In this document: positions 19,110 through 27,902 of the stretch, piece after piece
How the letters are laid out: each line of letters begins with the position of its first letter
Position numbering within the stretch: position 1 is the stretch's first letter
Source of the DNA: a virus
Lineage: Duplodnaviria > Caudoviricetes
Virus record (IMG/VR): IMGVR_UViG_3300011335_000014
Span: 1 to 30,001 of that record
Length of the DNA stretch: 30,001 bases
Direction: 5' to 3' (one strand)
Position numbers and translations under genes: made by a program
Notes under the pieces: generated by a model
What the model was told of the DNA's origin: nothing
Database searches by the model: none
The model's input: the letters and a program-made list of their open reading frames with translations, nothing else

Positions 19110-19399
19110 CACTTCTTTTCCCGTTCAAGTGCGTCTTTGTATCCATGTACAACTTTGGCTCTAAGCCATGTGGAGTCTGCCGTGCCTGACCACTCTGCCA
19201 GATTGTTCCAAATAACTGTGTAATCCGTTGACTTGCAGTGCTGGGCGTTCTGATCCAGCCACGCCATCATTTGTTTGTGCCGTTCGGTCGGATCGTGGAT
19301 TGTGTAACCAATCCCGTAGAACTCGCGCACATGGCATCCATTCTTGGCTACGGCTCCGACTAGCCCCAACAGCAGTAACAGCAGAAGGAGCCAGCGCAT
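19109..19399 (-). CDS. Hypothetical exported protein (96 aa) with an N-terminal signal/anchor
   Basis: MRWLLLLLLLLGLVGAVA leader and two Cys in the soluble part. It is the first gene of the lysis cassette. Confidence 0.6.
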   Translation of the reverse strand: MRWLLLLLLLLGLVGAVAKNGCHVREFYGIGYTIHDPTERHKQMMAWLDQNAQHCKSTDYTVIWNNLAEWSGTADSTWLRAKVVHGYKDALEREKK

Positions 19400-19405
19400 A
19401 CATGG

Positions 19406-19882
19406 TTAGGGAGCGTCAGGCCAAGTGATTGTCCAAGGGAAACCTGCTTGGCTGGTTATGTCACGCAGGGCTTGACGATACGTTGCCCATGCAGTTTTAT
19501 CTGCGGTGCTGTCAGCAATCTGTGTCCAGTCGCTGTCGCTTAGTTTTTGTGTACGTTGCTCACGTACAGCTTTAGCTTGTTCAGCATCTTTCTGAGTGCG
19601 ATATGCAGTTTCATCTGCCGCCGCTGTGTCGCCTGTAAAGATCGGGCCAAGCACATACTTTGTGTACCACTTACCATCTACTTGCTCAACACCATTGGCT
19701 TGAGAGTATTGGTAAACAGTTCCACCTGTTGCTTGTGGGCCTTCAAAGACTACATCAGCACCTAGATTGTCTAGGATTTCAGTTGTTGTTGTATCCCATG
19801 ATGGGCCACCATTGGCTTTTGTGTATGCACGAAATTCACTTTCGTACATGACTGCGCCTGTTTCTCTGATTCGTACTTGCAT
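19406..19882 (-). CDS. Tail fibre assembly chaperone-like protein (158 aa)
   Basis: C-terminal VREQRTQKLSDSDWTQ..WATYRQALRDI..GFPWTITWPDAP signature, directly downstream of the fibre-type gene. Confidence 0.85.
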   Translation of the reverse strand: MQVRIRETGAVMYESEFRAYTKANGGPSWDTTTTEILDNLGADVVFEGPQATGGTVYQYSQANGVEQVDGKWYTKYVLGPIFTGDTAAADETAYRTQKDAEQAKAVREQRTQKLSDSDWTQIADSTADKTAWATYRQALRDITSQAGFPWTITWPDAP

Positions 19883-19891
19883 GATGATTCC

Positions 19892-21859
19892 TTATGCGAT
19901 AGCCAAAAATATGTAACTTGCGCCATTTGTGTTGATTGCCGCCAAGATGCCTGCGTTCAAAGCAAAGCCTGTTGAAACTGTTGTAACAGAACCAAGAGTT
20001 GCAGATTCAGCGGCTGTACTGTTAAGCAATAAATATGGGTCAGTCAATGTTGTCATGCCACGGGCTGTGTCATATACATACCAGTCACCAGTAGCGTCTG
20101 TACGCTTAATTAATACAAACCTTGCACCGCCTGTAAATCCACAGTCAATTGTTTGAGTGCTTCCATTACCTGTGTAAGACCCGACTTTGGAAACACCAGC
20201 ACAGGTTGCAAATAGGTAGGCGACAATTGTGCGGTCTGTATATGGGCTATTTGTAAGAAGTTGACAGTTGTAACCAAAATCTGTTGATGTAGGATTAGTT
20301 GTTCCCCAAACATCTGTAAATCCTGTGAAATTTGCATTTGTTGAATTAAGGCTTACATAACCAGAACGACCCAAAGTGGCTGAATAACTAAACCAACTTC
20401 CACCAGCATCTCTGCGTTTGGTAATAATTAGTTCTGGAACAGCCGCTAGATTATGTGTAATCCTTTGATTTGTTGACCCATCAGTTGTATAGCAAACCTC
20501 ATCAAAGAAGCTGGGGGCGCGTCTGAACATCCAATAAATATTTGAAGTATTATTTAGCCAGCCGTCTGAAAATACAGTATTTGACGCAAATGAACAATTA
20601 GCAGAACCATACTCTGCCGCTGTTCCTGATGTTATTGAAGCAACGCTACCGCCTCTTAATCTGTCTATGGCTGTGCTGTTTAAACCATCAGACGCTCTAT
20701 TTGCTTCTATAGTAAGGTCAACAGGAAAACCTGCTGTTACAGTTGATGGAAAACTTGATTTTGTTTGAGCAACAGGACTAAACACACTCGTCCCACTCGT
20801 AGGCACTTTCATCGGGCCACGACGAATGGCGATGTAGATGTAGGTTGAAGAAGCGTTTAGGTTTCCGCTGGTTGACTCAAATCCAGTGGCATTCAACCCA
20901 ACAATGTCGGCGGAGGACTCTGAATTAGAGTTGTTTGCAAGCAGCCATGAATCTGGCTGACCATTAACAGTCCAACCACGCATATTGTCAATTAAAAACC
21001 AATCTCCAGTGCCGCTTGATCTTTTTAGAAGCACCCACTGGGGTTCATACCCCAGATTGACACTGAAGTTGGCGCTGCCATCAGTCGTAAACGACCCACA
21101 CGAAATCACATTGTCTGTACCAGTCAGACCAAAGCCTCCTGCGTTGTGGGCGAATAGGTAGGCTACGTAGGTTGCGCCATTGATGTTTGTTGTGTCGGGC
21201 TGAACTATAAAGTCGGTAGATGTTGGCACACCATCCCAAACCGCTGGCGCACCAGCTAGAGCAGCCGTAGTGTTAAGAACCATGAACCAATTTTGTGGGC
21301 CTGACGCTGTAACTGCTCGATGGTAAACATACCAAACTCCCGTACTGTCTGTGCGTTTTACAATAATGCAACCAGGAGTGCTTGTAAGAGAGTGTGCAAT
21401 AGCTCTGCTAGAACCACCATTCCCCGTATAAGTTACAATATCAAAGAATTTTGGTTGCTTGCGGAATGTCCATGAGGCGTAGGTAAATGTACTGCCACCA
21501 CTGTTCATAATGGTGTATTCGTCATTACCTAACGTAAAACCATTTGTATTAAAAGACGTAATACCATTTGCGGCACTAGTAACAATATCTTGAGCGCCTT
21601 GTGTATTTGAATGTAACTCGCTTGCCCTACCCCTAACTGTATCAATTAATCCAGAATTGTAAGCGCCAGATCGAGATTTAACCCAAACTAATCCACCATA
21701 TGTGGACAAATTTATTCCATTGGTAATGGTATTGGGGTTGTTATTATTGCCTGTGTAGAGGTACGTTGAAAACACATCCTCGATGTAGTTGGGAACAGCG
21801 GCAACACCACCGCCAAAGGCATCATAAGAAGCTGCACCACTTGTTGCTTGTAATGGCAT
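19892..21859 (-). CDS. Tail fibre/receptor-binding-type protein with repeated YTGNG domains (655 aa)
   Basis: Likely start is ATG 21859 (MPLQATSG). Repeated units FFDxVxY(T)GNG..I.H.L...P..II.KR...W and GS[FY]T..GF.P..VLIKR..GDW. It is followed by the chaperone gene. Confidence 0.65.
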   Translation of the reverse strand: MPLQATSGAASYDAFGGGVAAVPNYIEDVFSTYLYTGNNNNPNTITNGINLSTYGGLVWVKSRSGAYNSGLIDTVRGRASELHSNTQGAQDIVTSAANGITSFNTNGFTLGNDEYTIMNSGGSTFTYASWTFRKQPKFFDIVTYTGNGGSSRAIAHSLTSTPGCIIVKRTDSTGVWYVYHRAVTASGPQNWFMVLNTTAALAGAPAVWDGVPTSTDFIVQPDTTNINGATYVAYLFAHNAGGFGLTGTDNVISCGSFTTDGSANFSVNLGYEPQWVLLKRSSGTGDWFLIDNMRGWTVNGQPDSWLLANNSNSESSADIVGLNATGFESTSGNLNASSTYIYIAIRRGPMKVPTSGTSVFSPVAQTKSSFPSTVTAGFPVDLTIEANRASDGLNSTAIDRLRGGSVASITSGTAAEYGSANCSFASNTVFSDGWLNNTSNIYWMFRRAPSFFDEVCYTTDGSTNQRITHNLAAVPELIITKRRDAGGSWFSYSATLGRSGYVSLNSTNANFTGFTDVWGTTNPTSTDFGYNCQLLTNSPYTDRTIVAYLFATCAGVSKVGSYTGNGSTQTIDCGFTGGARFVLIKRTDATGDWYVYDTARGMTTLTDPYLLLNSTAAESATLGSVTTVSTGFALNAGILAAINTNGASYIFLAIA

Positions 21860-21863
21860 AGTG

Positions 21864-23009
21864 TTAAGCCTTAAATTGTGTGTTGCTTGCCAAGACTGTG
21901 AAAGTCGCACTTCCAGTCTTCAAAATTAAGAACCTATAGGAATCAATGCCACTAGCATTACCCGCAGTAGGCGCACCACCAAGCCATCTAGTTGTAACCC
22001 CAGAAGTCGTTCCATCAACTTGAACAGCAGAGTTGTAGTAAGCAGTAGAGCCTTGAGTTACCAAGAAAGCTACAGTCATAGATTGACCTGTACTCATCAA
22101 AGTATTCAATGAAGTACCGCTAGAGCCTCTAAAGTTAACTGTCCAGTTAGCACTTGCGTTACTTGTGTAGTACAAGACTGACTGAGTGGTAATGTCGTAG
22201 TTAATCGTTCCAGTAGCCGCAGTGGCTGATACTGTTGCTACCTCTGCTGCATCGTTTAGAACAATGGCTTGAGCAGATGATGTGCCCGAGAAAGTCTGCG
22301 TTGCAGTAAACGTCGTGGCTGTACCGGGGGCCACATAGTCCGTACCCGCAGTAGCATTAGCCAACGCACCACCAGAGTTGGCTTTAAGAATCGCAGTGCC
22401 AGAGGGTGGGGCTAAGTAATCTGTACCGGCTGTAGCGGCAGAAATTGCCGTACCGTTACCTTTTAAAACACCCGTAATAGATGTTGATAACGTCAAAGCT
22501 GGGGTTGCACCGCCAGACGAAGTGCCTGCAAGTCCGTTAGCAGAAACAACAGATACAGCGGTTACTGTGCCTGTACCAGAAGTGCTGGTAGCAATCTTTA
22601 CGTAGTCAGTACCGTTGTAATAGACATATGCGCTTTCGCCAACGGCAATTGATACACCCGTTTGGCCTGTTGCCTTAAATGTCACTGCGCCACCGGTAGC
22701 GGCGTTGACCACCACGTAGGTTTTGCTATAACTAGCGCCGCTTGGGGCCGTGATAACTTTTGTCGTGGTCAGTGTGCCCGTGACTTTGATAATCGCGTAC
22801 TGCGCGGTAGTAGAGCCAATGTTTGTAGCAGAGGCACTACCGATAGTGTTTGCAAGCGTAACCGCGCCATCGCCGTTTAGCGTCAAAGTACCTGCGATTG
22901 CAATATCCGTGTATTCAGTAATACCGTTATTAACAGTGTTGCCCCATGTACCCGAGAGCGTGCCTTGCGTTGGGGTTACTAGGCTTAGATTGCTTGTTTC
23001 TGCGGCCAT
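21864..23009 (-). CDS. Tail fibre-like structural protein (381 aa)
   Basis: T/A/G/S-rich, with N-terminal GTLSGTWGNTVN and GTGTVTAVSV. Internal duplication LKGNGTAISAATAGTDYLAP / LKANSGGALANATAGTDYVAP at about 22327-22470. Confidence 0.65.
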   Translation of the reverse strand: MAAETSNLSLVTPTQGTLSGTWGNTVNNGITEYTDIAIAGTLTLNGDGAVTLANTIGSASATNIGSTTAQYAIIKVTGTLTTTKVITAPSGASYSKTYVVVNAATGGAVTFKATGQTGVSIAVGESAYVYYNGTDYVKIATSTSGTGTVTAVSVVSANGLAGTSSGGATPALTLSTSITGVLKGNGTAISAATAGTDYLAPPSGTAILKANSGGALANATAGTDYVAPGTATTFTATQTFSGTSSAQAIVLNDAAEVATVSATAATGTINYDITTQSVLYYTSNASANWTVNFRGSSGTSLNTLMSTGQSMTVAFLVTQGSTAYYNSAVQVDGTTSGVTTRWLGGAPTAGNASGIDSYRFLILKTGSATFTVLASNTQFKA

Positions 23010-23019
23010 TTAAGTGCTC

Positions 23020-23838
23020 CTATGGTGTGGTTGCAATAACAGCCCAACCTGCTGTTTGCGCGTTGCTGATATTTTGCCAGTTTGCGTTCTGTGTGTCATC
23101 AATTATTTCCCAAGTTTTTCTTACCGATTCACTCGAAGTAATAGCCGCTGTCTCTGTCACAGTTGGCCTGTAAGTTGTGGCCGCTGATTCCGAAGATGTA
23201 GCCGCCCCGATTAACTCATCCAAGAACTTGGCAAATGTTGCCGCACCTGTCTCAGTTGTCGAGGTAGCCGCTGTCTCATTTACAACAAGGCCAAAGTAAT
23301 CTGTTGCCGCTGTCTCTGACGTAGAACTTACTGTAGTCTCATTTACATCTGCGTTAAAGTACGTACCAACTATCTGATCTGTCGAGGTAGCCGCTGACTC
23401 ATCTACAGTTCTTGCAAAGATAGCCGCTATAAACTCCGCTGTCGCTGTGGCCGCTGACTCACTAACTGACTGCGCAAAAGTTGCTGCAACTGTCTCTGCC
23501 GTACTTGTAGCCAACGTATCACTTACATTAGCCGTATATCCTGTAATCGCTTCATTGGTTTCACTGATGGCAATATTTTCAGCAACCGTAAACGCAAAAC
23601 CGGCTTCAACTGTCTGGGAATCGGATATTGAACCAATCCCACCCCAACTTAAATCCCCCCAAGCCCCTTCGCCCCAAGCGCTGACTGAAGTAATTGACTC
23701 TGCGACGCTGACAGGAAATATGGCATTTGGTACTTCTGCGGTAGCTGTGGCAACGGACTCGGAAACGCTATCGGAAAAGGCAGTTATACCGCCCCAGCCA
23801 GCATCACCCCAAGCGCCGTCGCCCCATGCGTAAGCCAT
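23020..23838 (-). CDS. Acidic T/A/S-rich repeat structural protein (272 aa) with WG motifs
   Basis: Two AWGxGAWGDxxWGG blocks and about ten 20-aa repeats V-x-E-[ST]-AATST-x-E-x5-[FY]. Confidence 0.65.
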   Translation of the reverse strand: MAYAWGDGAWGDAGWGGITAFSDSVSESVATATAEVPNAIFPVSVAESITSVSAWGEGAWGDLSWGGIGSISDSQTVEAGFAFTVAENIAISETNEAITGYTANVSDTLATSTAETVAATFAQSVSESAATATAEFIAAIFARTVDESAATSTDQIVGTYFNADVNETTVSSTSETAATDYFGLVVNETAATSTTETGAATFAKFLDELIGAATSSESAATTYRPTVTETAAITSSESVRKTWEIIDDTQNANWQNISNAQTAGWAVIATTP

Positions 23839-23839
23839 T

Positions 23840-24418
23840 TTACGTCAGTGAGCAGGAGTACGAAACTGCGATTGTGTCACCCGAAACAACTGCTTTAGGG
23901 CTGCTAAAGTCACCGGCAGAGAACAGTGTTCCTGTGGTGTTGTCAATTGTTGCAGAGCCGCCAATGTTAATAAAGCACCCCGCCACTGTACCTGTTGAAG
24001 TAATAGAGAACGAGGAAGCTGAAGAAGTTGACTTCGTGCAAGTTGTGCCAGATACAAAAGCAGCAGCACTAAATGTTGGGGTTTTGCGGTTGCCAGAGTA
24101 TGTAGGCGCGTTAGCCAAACCAACTTCATTCCACGTAGGGTGCGATGCCTGCGTATCCGCAACCACGGCTGTGCCCGTACCTTTAAGCCCCATAACCACT
24201 GCGCCAGCGGCTGAGTTACCAAGGATGGTGTCCAGCGTCAGGTTCTTGCCCACAGTTGTGACCAAGTTCTCGATGGCGTCTTCCCACTTTACGTTGCCAT
24301 CTTTGTCATAGCAAACAGCGACGTAGTGGCCTTCAATAGTTGCCGTGTCGGAGGGGGTTGTGTTGTAGCTGCAAGATGCTTCGCACTTATCTGCGGCTGA
24401 AATTTTATCAAAAGACAT
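23840..24418 (-). CDS. Hypothetical virion protein (192 aa)
   Basis: DKDGNVKWED.IENLVTTVG and C-terminal GTLFSAGDF..VVSGDTIAVSY resemble common phage tail accessory proteins. RBS AGGAG. Confidence 0.65.
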   Translation of the reverse strand: MSFDKISAADKCEASCSYNTTPSDTATIEGHYVAVCYDKDGNVKWEDAIENLVTTVGKNLTLDTILGNSAAGAVVMGLKGTGTAVVADTQASHPTWNEVGLANAPTYSGNRKTPTFSAAAFVSGTTCTKSTSSASSFSITSTGTVAGCFINIGGSATIDNTTGTLFSAGDFSSPKAVVSGDTIAVSYSCSLT

Positions 24419-24426
24419 GGTAACTC

Positions 24427-24846
24427 CTAGTTAGAAGAACGAATTAACGAAGTGGTGGGGCCGTTGGTCGGCATGGTGATTGTGAATGTTGTCGTAGAAA
24501 TTTTGTCTGAGCCAAAATCCAACACAGCAACGGACTTATTACCTTGAGTGACGTTGTAAATCAGAGCACATCTAGCTGTGATCGCGCCTGTCCATGAGAT
24601 ATTGGGGAAGCCAACATACGCCGTATAGCCAGAAGTATTGACTGTAATAGGAGTCAACTGTGCCCCACCAAGCGCGTAGGTACCTGTAGCTGGCACTTCA
24701 TTGATTGAACTATACACAGTCGTATCTTCGTTTAGATTAGCGTTGGCTGTGTACAAGGCGATCTTAATCACATCAGTTGTTAGGTCATGAATACCTTGGT
24801 ACAACTGCGCCTTAAAGCTGGTGGTCTGGGTCTGGATAATCGACAT
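24427..24846 (-). CDS. Hypothetical virion/tail accessory protein (139 aa)
   Basis: TSFK..L.G.HDLTTDVIKIALYT..NEV..GTY..GG..L..ARCALIYN..VAVLDFGSDK is a recognisable phage structural family. Confidence 0.7.
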   Translation of the reverse strand: MSIIQTQTTSFKAQLYQGIHDLTTDVIKIALYTANANLNEDTTVYSSINEVPATGTYALGGAQLTPITVNTSGYTAYVGFPNISWTGAITARCALIYNVTQGNKSVAVLDFGSDKISTTTFTITMPTNGPTTSLIRSSN

Positions 24847-24847
24847 A

Positions 24848-25519
24848 TCAAGTTACCTTCTGACGGAACTGACCAGAACGGTAAGCGTCTTGACGCTCCA
24901 TACCATCGCCCAAACGTTTTGCAAGTGCCAAAGCTTCCATGAACTTCTGGTTGTACAAAGTCATCATATCTGGCTCACCCTTCATGTAGGTGTAGGCTTC
25001 GACCAAAGAACCGTACAAAAGCACAGAGTCAAAGTTATCACCCAGCCATGTTTGGCCGTCTGCTGCAACCGTGATTGACTCAGGGTAGTAGTAATAGTGC
25101 AACTCTACGCTGTACGATGAATCTGGCGTAGGGCCAAGAATAAAAGACAGTTCATCTGAAATAGTGACGCCCGATACAGCGGGGCCAAACAGAGCGTAGT
25201 ATTTTGGAATAGCCGTGTCTGTTGGCTGGGGGTATGCTTGGCGAATAAAGTTGACGTCTTTGTTCAGCAAATACTCGTAGTTGCCGCTGGCGTCAATGAC
25301 CGCCATCGAATACACCGCCAAGAAATCCAACGGGCACTGTAAATACTTGTTGTTTACCGTGGTCACACCCGTCACGTTCTTACGAATAGACGGGAACTGA
25401 ACCGAGTTATAAATACGCTGCTCAGCCTGCGTAACGAACACAGGGATATTAGCCACGAAATCTGCTTCCGTGTTCTCCGTGTACGCTTGGATCGCGTTGC
25501 TGAGTGCGGTGTAATTCAT
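24848..25519 (-). CDS. Head-tail adaptor-like protein (223 aa)
   Basis: MNYTAL...I..Y..FV.QAEQRIY, PKYYA, LGPTPD..Y.VELHYY and TWLGDNFDSVLLYGSLVEA match an adaptor/tail tubular A-like pattern. Confidence 0.65.
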   Translation of the reverse strand: MNYTALSNAIQAYTENTEADFVANIPVFVTQAEQRIYNSVQFPSIRKNVTGVTTVNNKYLQCPLDFLAVYSMAVIDASGNYEYLLNKDVNFIRQAYPQPTDTAIPKYYALFGPAVSGVTISDELSFILGPTPDSSYSVELHYYYYPESITVAADGQTWLGDNFDSVLLYGSLVEAYTYMKGEPDMMTLYNQKFMEALALAKRLGDGMERQDAYRSGQFRQKVT

Positions 25520-25713
25520 GCCATTGGGCCTCTGGCAATCGTGCCTTTGGTTGCCGCGCCGTTACCACGGGTGACGATACCGGATGTCTTAGTGGTTTCG
25601 TTACCAGCGTTTTTGCTGATGTTGCCAATAGACATATTAACGGTGTCAGCTTTACTGCGGTTAGGGGGAATACCGGGGTTTGTAGCGGCGGGTTGATTGT
25701 TAATCTTGGCCAT
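25516..25713 (-). CDS. Small basic hypothetical protein (65 aa)
   Basis: Start ATG 25713 (MAKINNQP) just after the upstream stop. Ends TRGNGAATKGTIARGPMA with ATGA coupling to the next gene. Confidence 0.65.
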   Translation of the reverse strand: MAKINNQPAATNPGIPPNRSKADTVNMSIGNISKNAGNETTKTSGIVTRGNGAATKGTIARGPMA

Positions 25714-25714
25714 G

Positions 25715-25891
25715 TTATTTCCCCTGATTCTTAACTTTGGCCATACCGCGACCATACTGGAGCATCATCTCATTGGTCTTACCGCCCTTGGCAAGCTTTG
25801 TAGGCGTTTTGCCGGGGTGCATGTTTTTCTCGTGCTTACCGACAGCAGACTTAATCATCTTCTTGTCTTGGGCTAAATCTTTCTTGTCCAT
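25715..25891 (-). CDS. Small basic hypothetical protein (58 aa), not in the supplied ORF track
   Basis: My translation: MDKKDLAQDKKMIKSAVGKHEKNMHPGKTPTKLAKGGKTNEMMLQYGRGMAKVKNQGK*. RBS AGGAG. It fills the gap between its neighbours exactly. Confidence 0.75.
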   Translation of the reverse strand: MDKKDLAQDKKMIKSAVGKHEKNMHPGKTPTKLAKGGKTNEMMLQYGRGMAKVKNQGK

Positions 25892-25900
25892 ATTAGACTC

Positions 25901-26290
25901 CTATGTAACGGTTACTGTAACTGTACCAACAAACGTCGTTGCCACCAAGTAGTTTGGCGTGAGAGCAACATCAAAATTACTGGCCCCACCAACTGGGCTC
26001 CAGCCCCACTGCAAATCTCGCGAACCACCAGTCAAACTACCAATACTGTTTACGCCTGCCGTAACGTACGTTGTATCTTTGCGTGGGTTACGCACTGCCT
26101 GCGGATCATCCACTGGGTACATACCCAACTGCAACTGCGGTTGATCTGGATCCCAACACGCATTACACACCATCAAATTGTAAAGCTTTGTCTTGATAAC
26201 TTCTTTTTTCAAAGCCGTCAATTTAAACTGCTGGCCACAGCGATCGCACATGGCAATACTGTTCTTACCAGAAGCAAACCTATTGCCCAT
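25901..26290 (-). CDS. Hypothetical protein with CxxC...CxxC zinc-ribbon motif (129 aa)
   Basis: CDRCG..CNACWDPDQPQ. Tightly packed in the operon. Confidence 0.7.
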   Translation of the reverse strand: MGNRFASGKNSIAMCDRCGQQFKLTALKKEVIKTKLYNLMVCNACWDPDQPQLQLGMYPVDDPQAVRNPRKDTTYVTAGVNSIGSLTGGSRDLQWGWSPVGGASNFDVALTPNYLVATTFVGTVTVTVT

Positions 26291-26291
26291 A

Positions 26292-27221
26292 TTAAGTTCC
26301 GCTTCCTATAAACATCTGGCGTGGGACAAACCTAACACTTGCTTTTTCTCTGTCTTCGTCTGATGCCAACTGCCAAGCTTCATCGTACTGTTGCTTCAAG
26401 ACCGGCAGGCGCTCAGCGCCGCCCTCAATCTTAAGAGCCAAGTAGTAGGCCAAGCCTGCCACCATACAGGGCAAGAACCTAAACGGCACGTCCATTGTGC
26501 GTACGCCACCACCAGCATCATCAATACGGCGCATGCGCCAGTACACAAATTGATACGTTGTACTATTGTCTGGGGTCGGCCAGACAGTTACAGAGGGTAG
26601 GTTCTGTACGTAAACAGCGGCGGCTGTTGAGTGCGCTGTGGCGGTTGTGCCGTTCTGGCCACGGAAGCAGTTGTAAAGCACGTTACCCGTAATGTAACCA
26701 TACTGAATAGTTTCGTTTTCAATCAACAAGAACCCCGTAGCTGGGAGCCCCGCAGTAGAGGTCAATGTAATTGTTGTATCTGTGGAAGAGATTCCACCAT
26801 TTAATGTAGTCCCGATGGACGAAGTCTGGCCATCCAAACGCTGATACCACACCTGAATTGGACGGGCTTGTTGCAGTTTGTTGGGGATCGTGGCGTAAGT
26901 AGAAACACTGATACGCGTGATGGTCAGATCAGCCTGCGTGGATGAGCTACCCGCGCCCGTGCGAATCACATGCTCAAGTAGATCCACTGTGTCTACAGGT
27001 AGTGCATAGGTGTTCAGACCCGGAGTCAGGTTAATCGTACCCTGCTCAAACGTCCACATGTTGACACCACGGTTTGCCCAATCAGCAAACATCAAGTTCA
27101 ATGAACGACGGGCAGTACGTAAGTCGTAGCCCGTACGCAACTCCGAACCAGCGCGTTCAAACGCTTCCTCAACCAATTCATTGAGGTCAAGATTAAACGC
27201 TGCGGTTCCTGAAGTTGTCAT
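26292..27221 (-). CDS. Head-tail adaptor / tail tubular A-like protein (309 aa) with an inserted beta module
   Basis: LVEEAFERAG..ARRSLNLMFADWANRG, WPTPD and DVPFRFLPCMVAGLAYYLA..LKQQYDEAW. ATGA coupling. Confidence 0.65.
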   Translation of the reverse strand: MTTSGTAAFNLDLNELVEEAFERAGSELRTGYDLRTARRSLNLMFADWANRGVNMWTFEQGTINLTPGLNTYALPVDTVDLLEHVIRTGAGSSSTQADLTITRISVSTYATIPNKLQQARPIQVWYQRLDGQTSSIGTTLNGGISSTDTTITLTSTAGLPATGFLLIENETIQYGYITGNVLYNCFRGQNGTTATAHSTAAAVYVQNLPSVTVWPTPDNSTTYQFVYWRMRRIDDAGGGVRTMDVPFRFLPCMVAGLAYYLALKIEGGAERLPVLKQQYDEAWQLASDEDREKASVRFVPRQMFIGSGT

Positions 27222-27394
27222 TTCATGCCTTTAAGAGTCTGAGCCAGACGCGCACGCTGCCCCATCTTACCGGGTTTTTTTGCAGCGGCGGCTAGCTTCT
27301 TTGCAGGAATCGGTTCACCTTTTTTAGCACCAAGGGCAGAGCGCAAAGCTCCGGGCTTCTTAATTGCGTCTTTAATCCAGTTCTTGGTAGCCAT
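27218..27394 (-). CDS. Small, very basic hypothetical protein (58 aa), not in the supplied ORF track
   Basis: My translation: MATKNWIKDAIKKPGALRSALGAKKGEPIPAKKLAAAAKKPGKMGQRARLAQTLKGMK*. TAATG and ATGA overlaps on both sides. Confidence 0.8.
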   Translation of the reverse strand: MATKNWIKDAIKKPGALRSALGAKKGEPIPAKKLAAAAKKPGKMGQRARLAQTLKGMK

Positions 27395-27627
27395 TATCTA
27401 TACCCTGCCGTTTTCTTTGCAATCGTTTTGGGTTGCGCTACGAATTGTTTTCCGGCTTTTTTGCCAGCACGTTTCGCACGCGTTGTCGCAGCGTACTCAG
27501 CAGGGCTGAGAGCTTTGATCGCAGCTTCTGGAAGATAGCGCTCGCCTGTTTTGCTAGACGGTTTTCCACTTTTGGTTCTCCATTTCTGGTCGCCCCAATC
27601 CTTCAAGGATTTCTGTGGCGCTTTCAA
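27394..27627 (-). CDS. Small basic protein (77 aa) resembling the C-terminal half of DUF5872-type proteins
   Basis: QKSLKDW..QKWRTKSG..GERYLPEAAIKALSPAEYAAT. The TTG start overlaps the upstream TGA (TTGA). Confidence 0.65.
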   Translation of the reverse strand: MKAPQKSLKDWGDQKWRTKSGKPSSKTGERYLPEAAIKALSPAEYAATTRAKRAGKKAGKQFVAQPKTIAKKTAGYR

Positions 27628-27899
27628 TCTCGGTAACCCCCGCCTGCCGCCTTGTACTTCTTGGCAACAAGCTGAGCTTTACGAGCCGACCACTGACCTG
27701 CACCCGTACCTTGCGTAGCTGCGGCCTTTACTTGGGACACAATCTTCTTGCGAAGACTAGGCTTTGTGTAATTGCCAGCCGCATTTACTTTACCGCCTTC
27801 AGCATATTGCGTAAAGTCAGTGTCGTCCCGCCGGGCTTTCTTGACGCCCTTGGGCATTTTAGAGGGGGCAATGTCCCCCATACCACGGCTGGCCATCAT
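27624..27899 (-). CDS. Small basic protein (91 aa): leader + YAEGG + region resembling the N-terminal half of DUF5872-type proteins
   Basis: NYTKPSLRKKI..GQWSARKAQLVAKKYKAAGGGY. Confidence 0.7.
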   Translation of the reverse strand: MMASRGMGDIAPSKMPKGVKKARRDDTDFTQYAEGGKVNAAGNYTKPSLRKKIVSQVKAAATQGTGAGQWSARKAQLVAKKYKAAGGGYRD

Positions 27900-27902
27900 G
27901 GT

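Noticed and set aside
21860-21910. Upstream start extensions in the ORF track (also 8661, 15813, 15124, 25755, 28917, 29167)
   Set aside because: They overlap neighbouring genes or lack an RBS. Downstream ATGs with an SD or stop-start coupling fit better.
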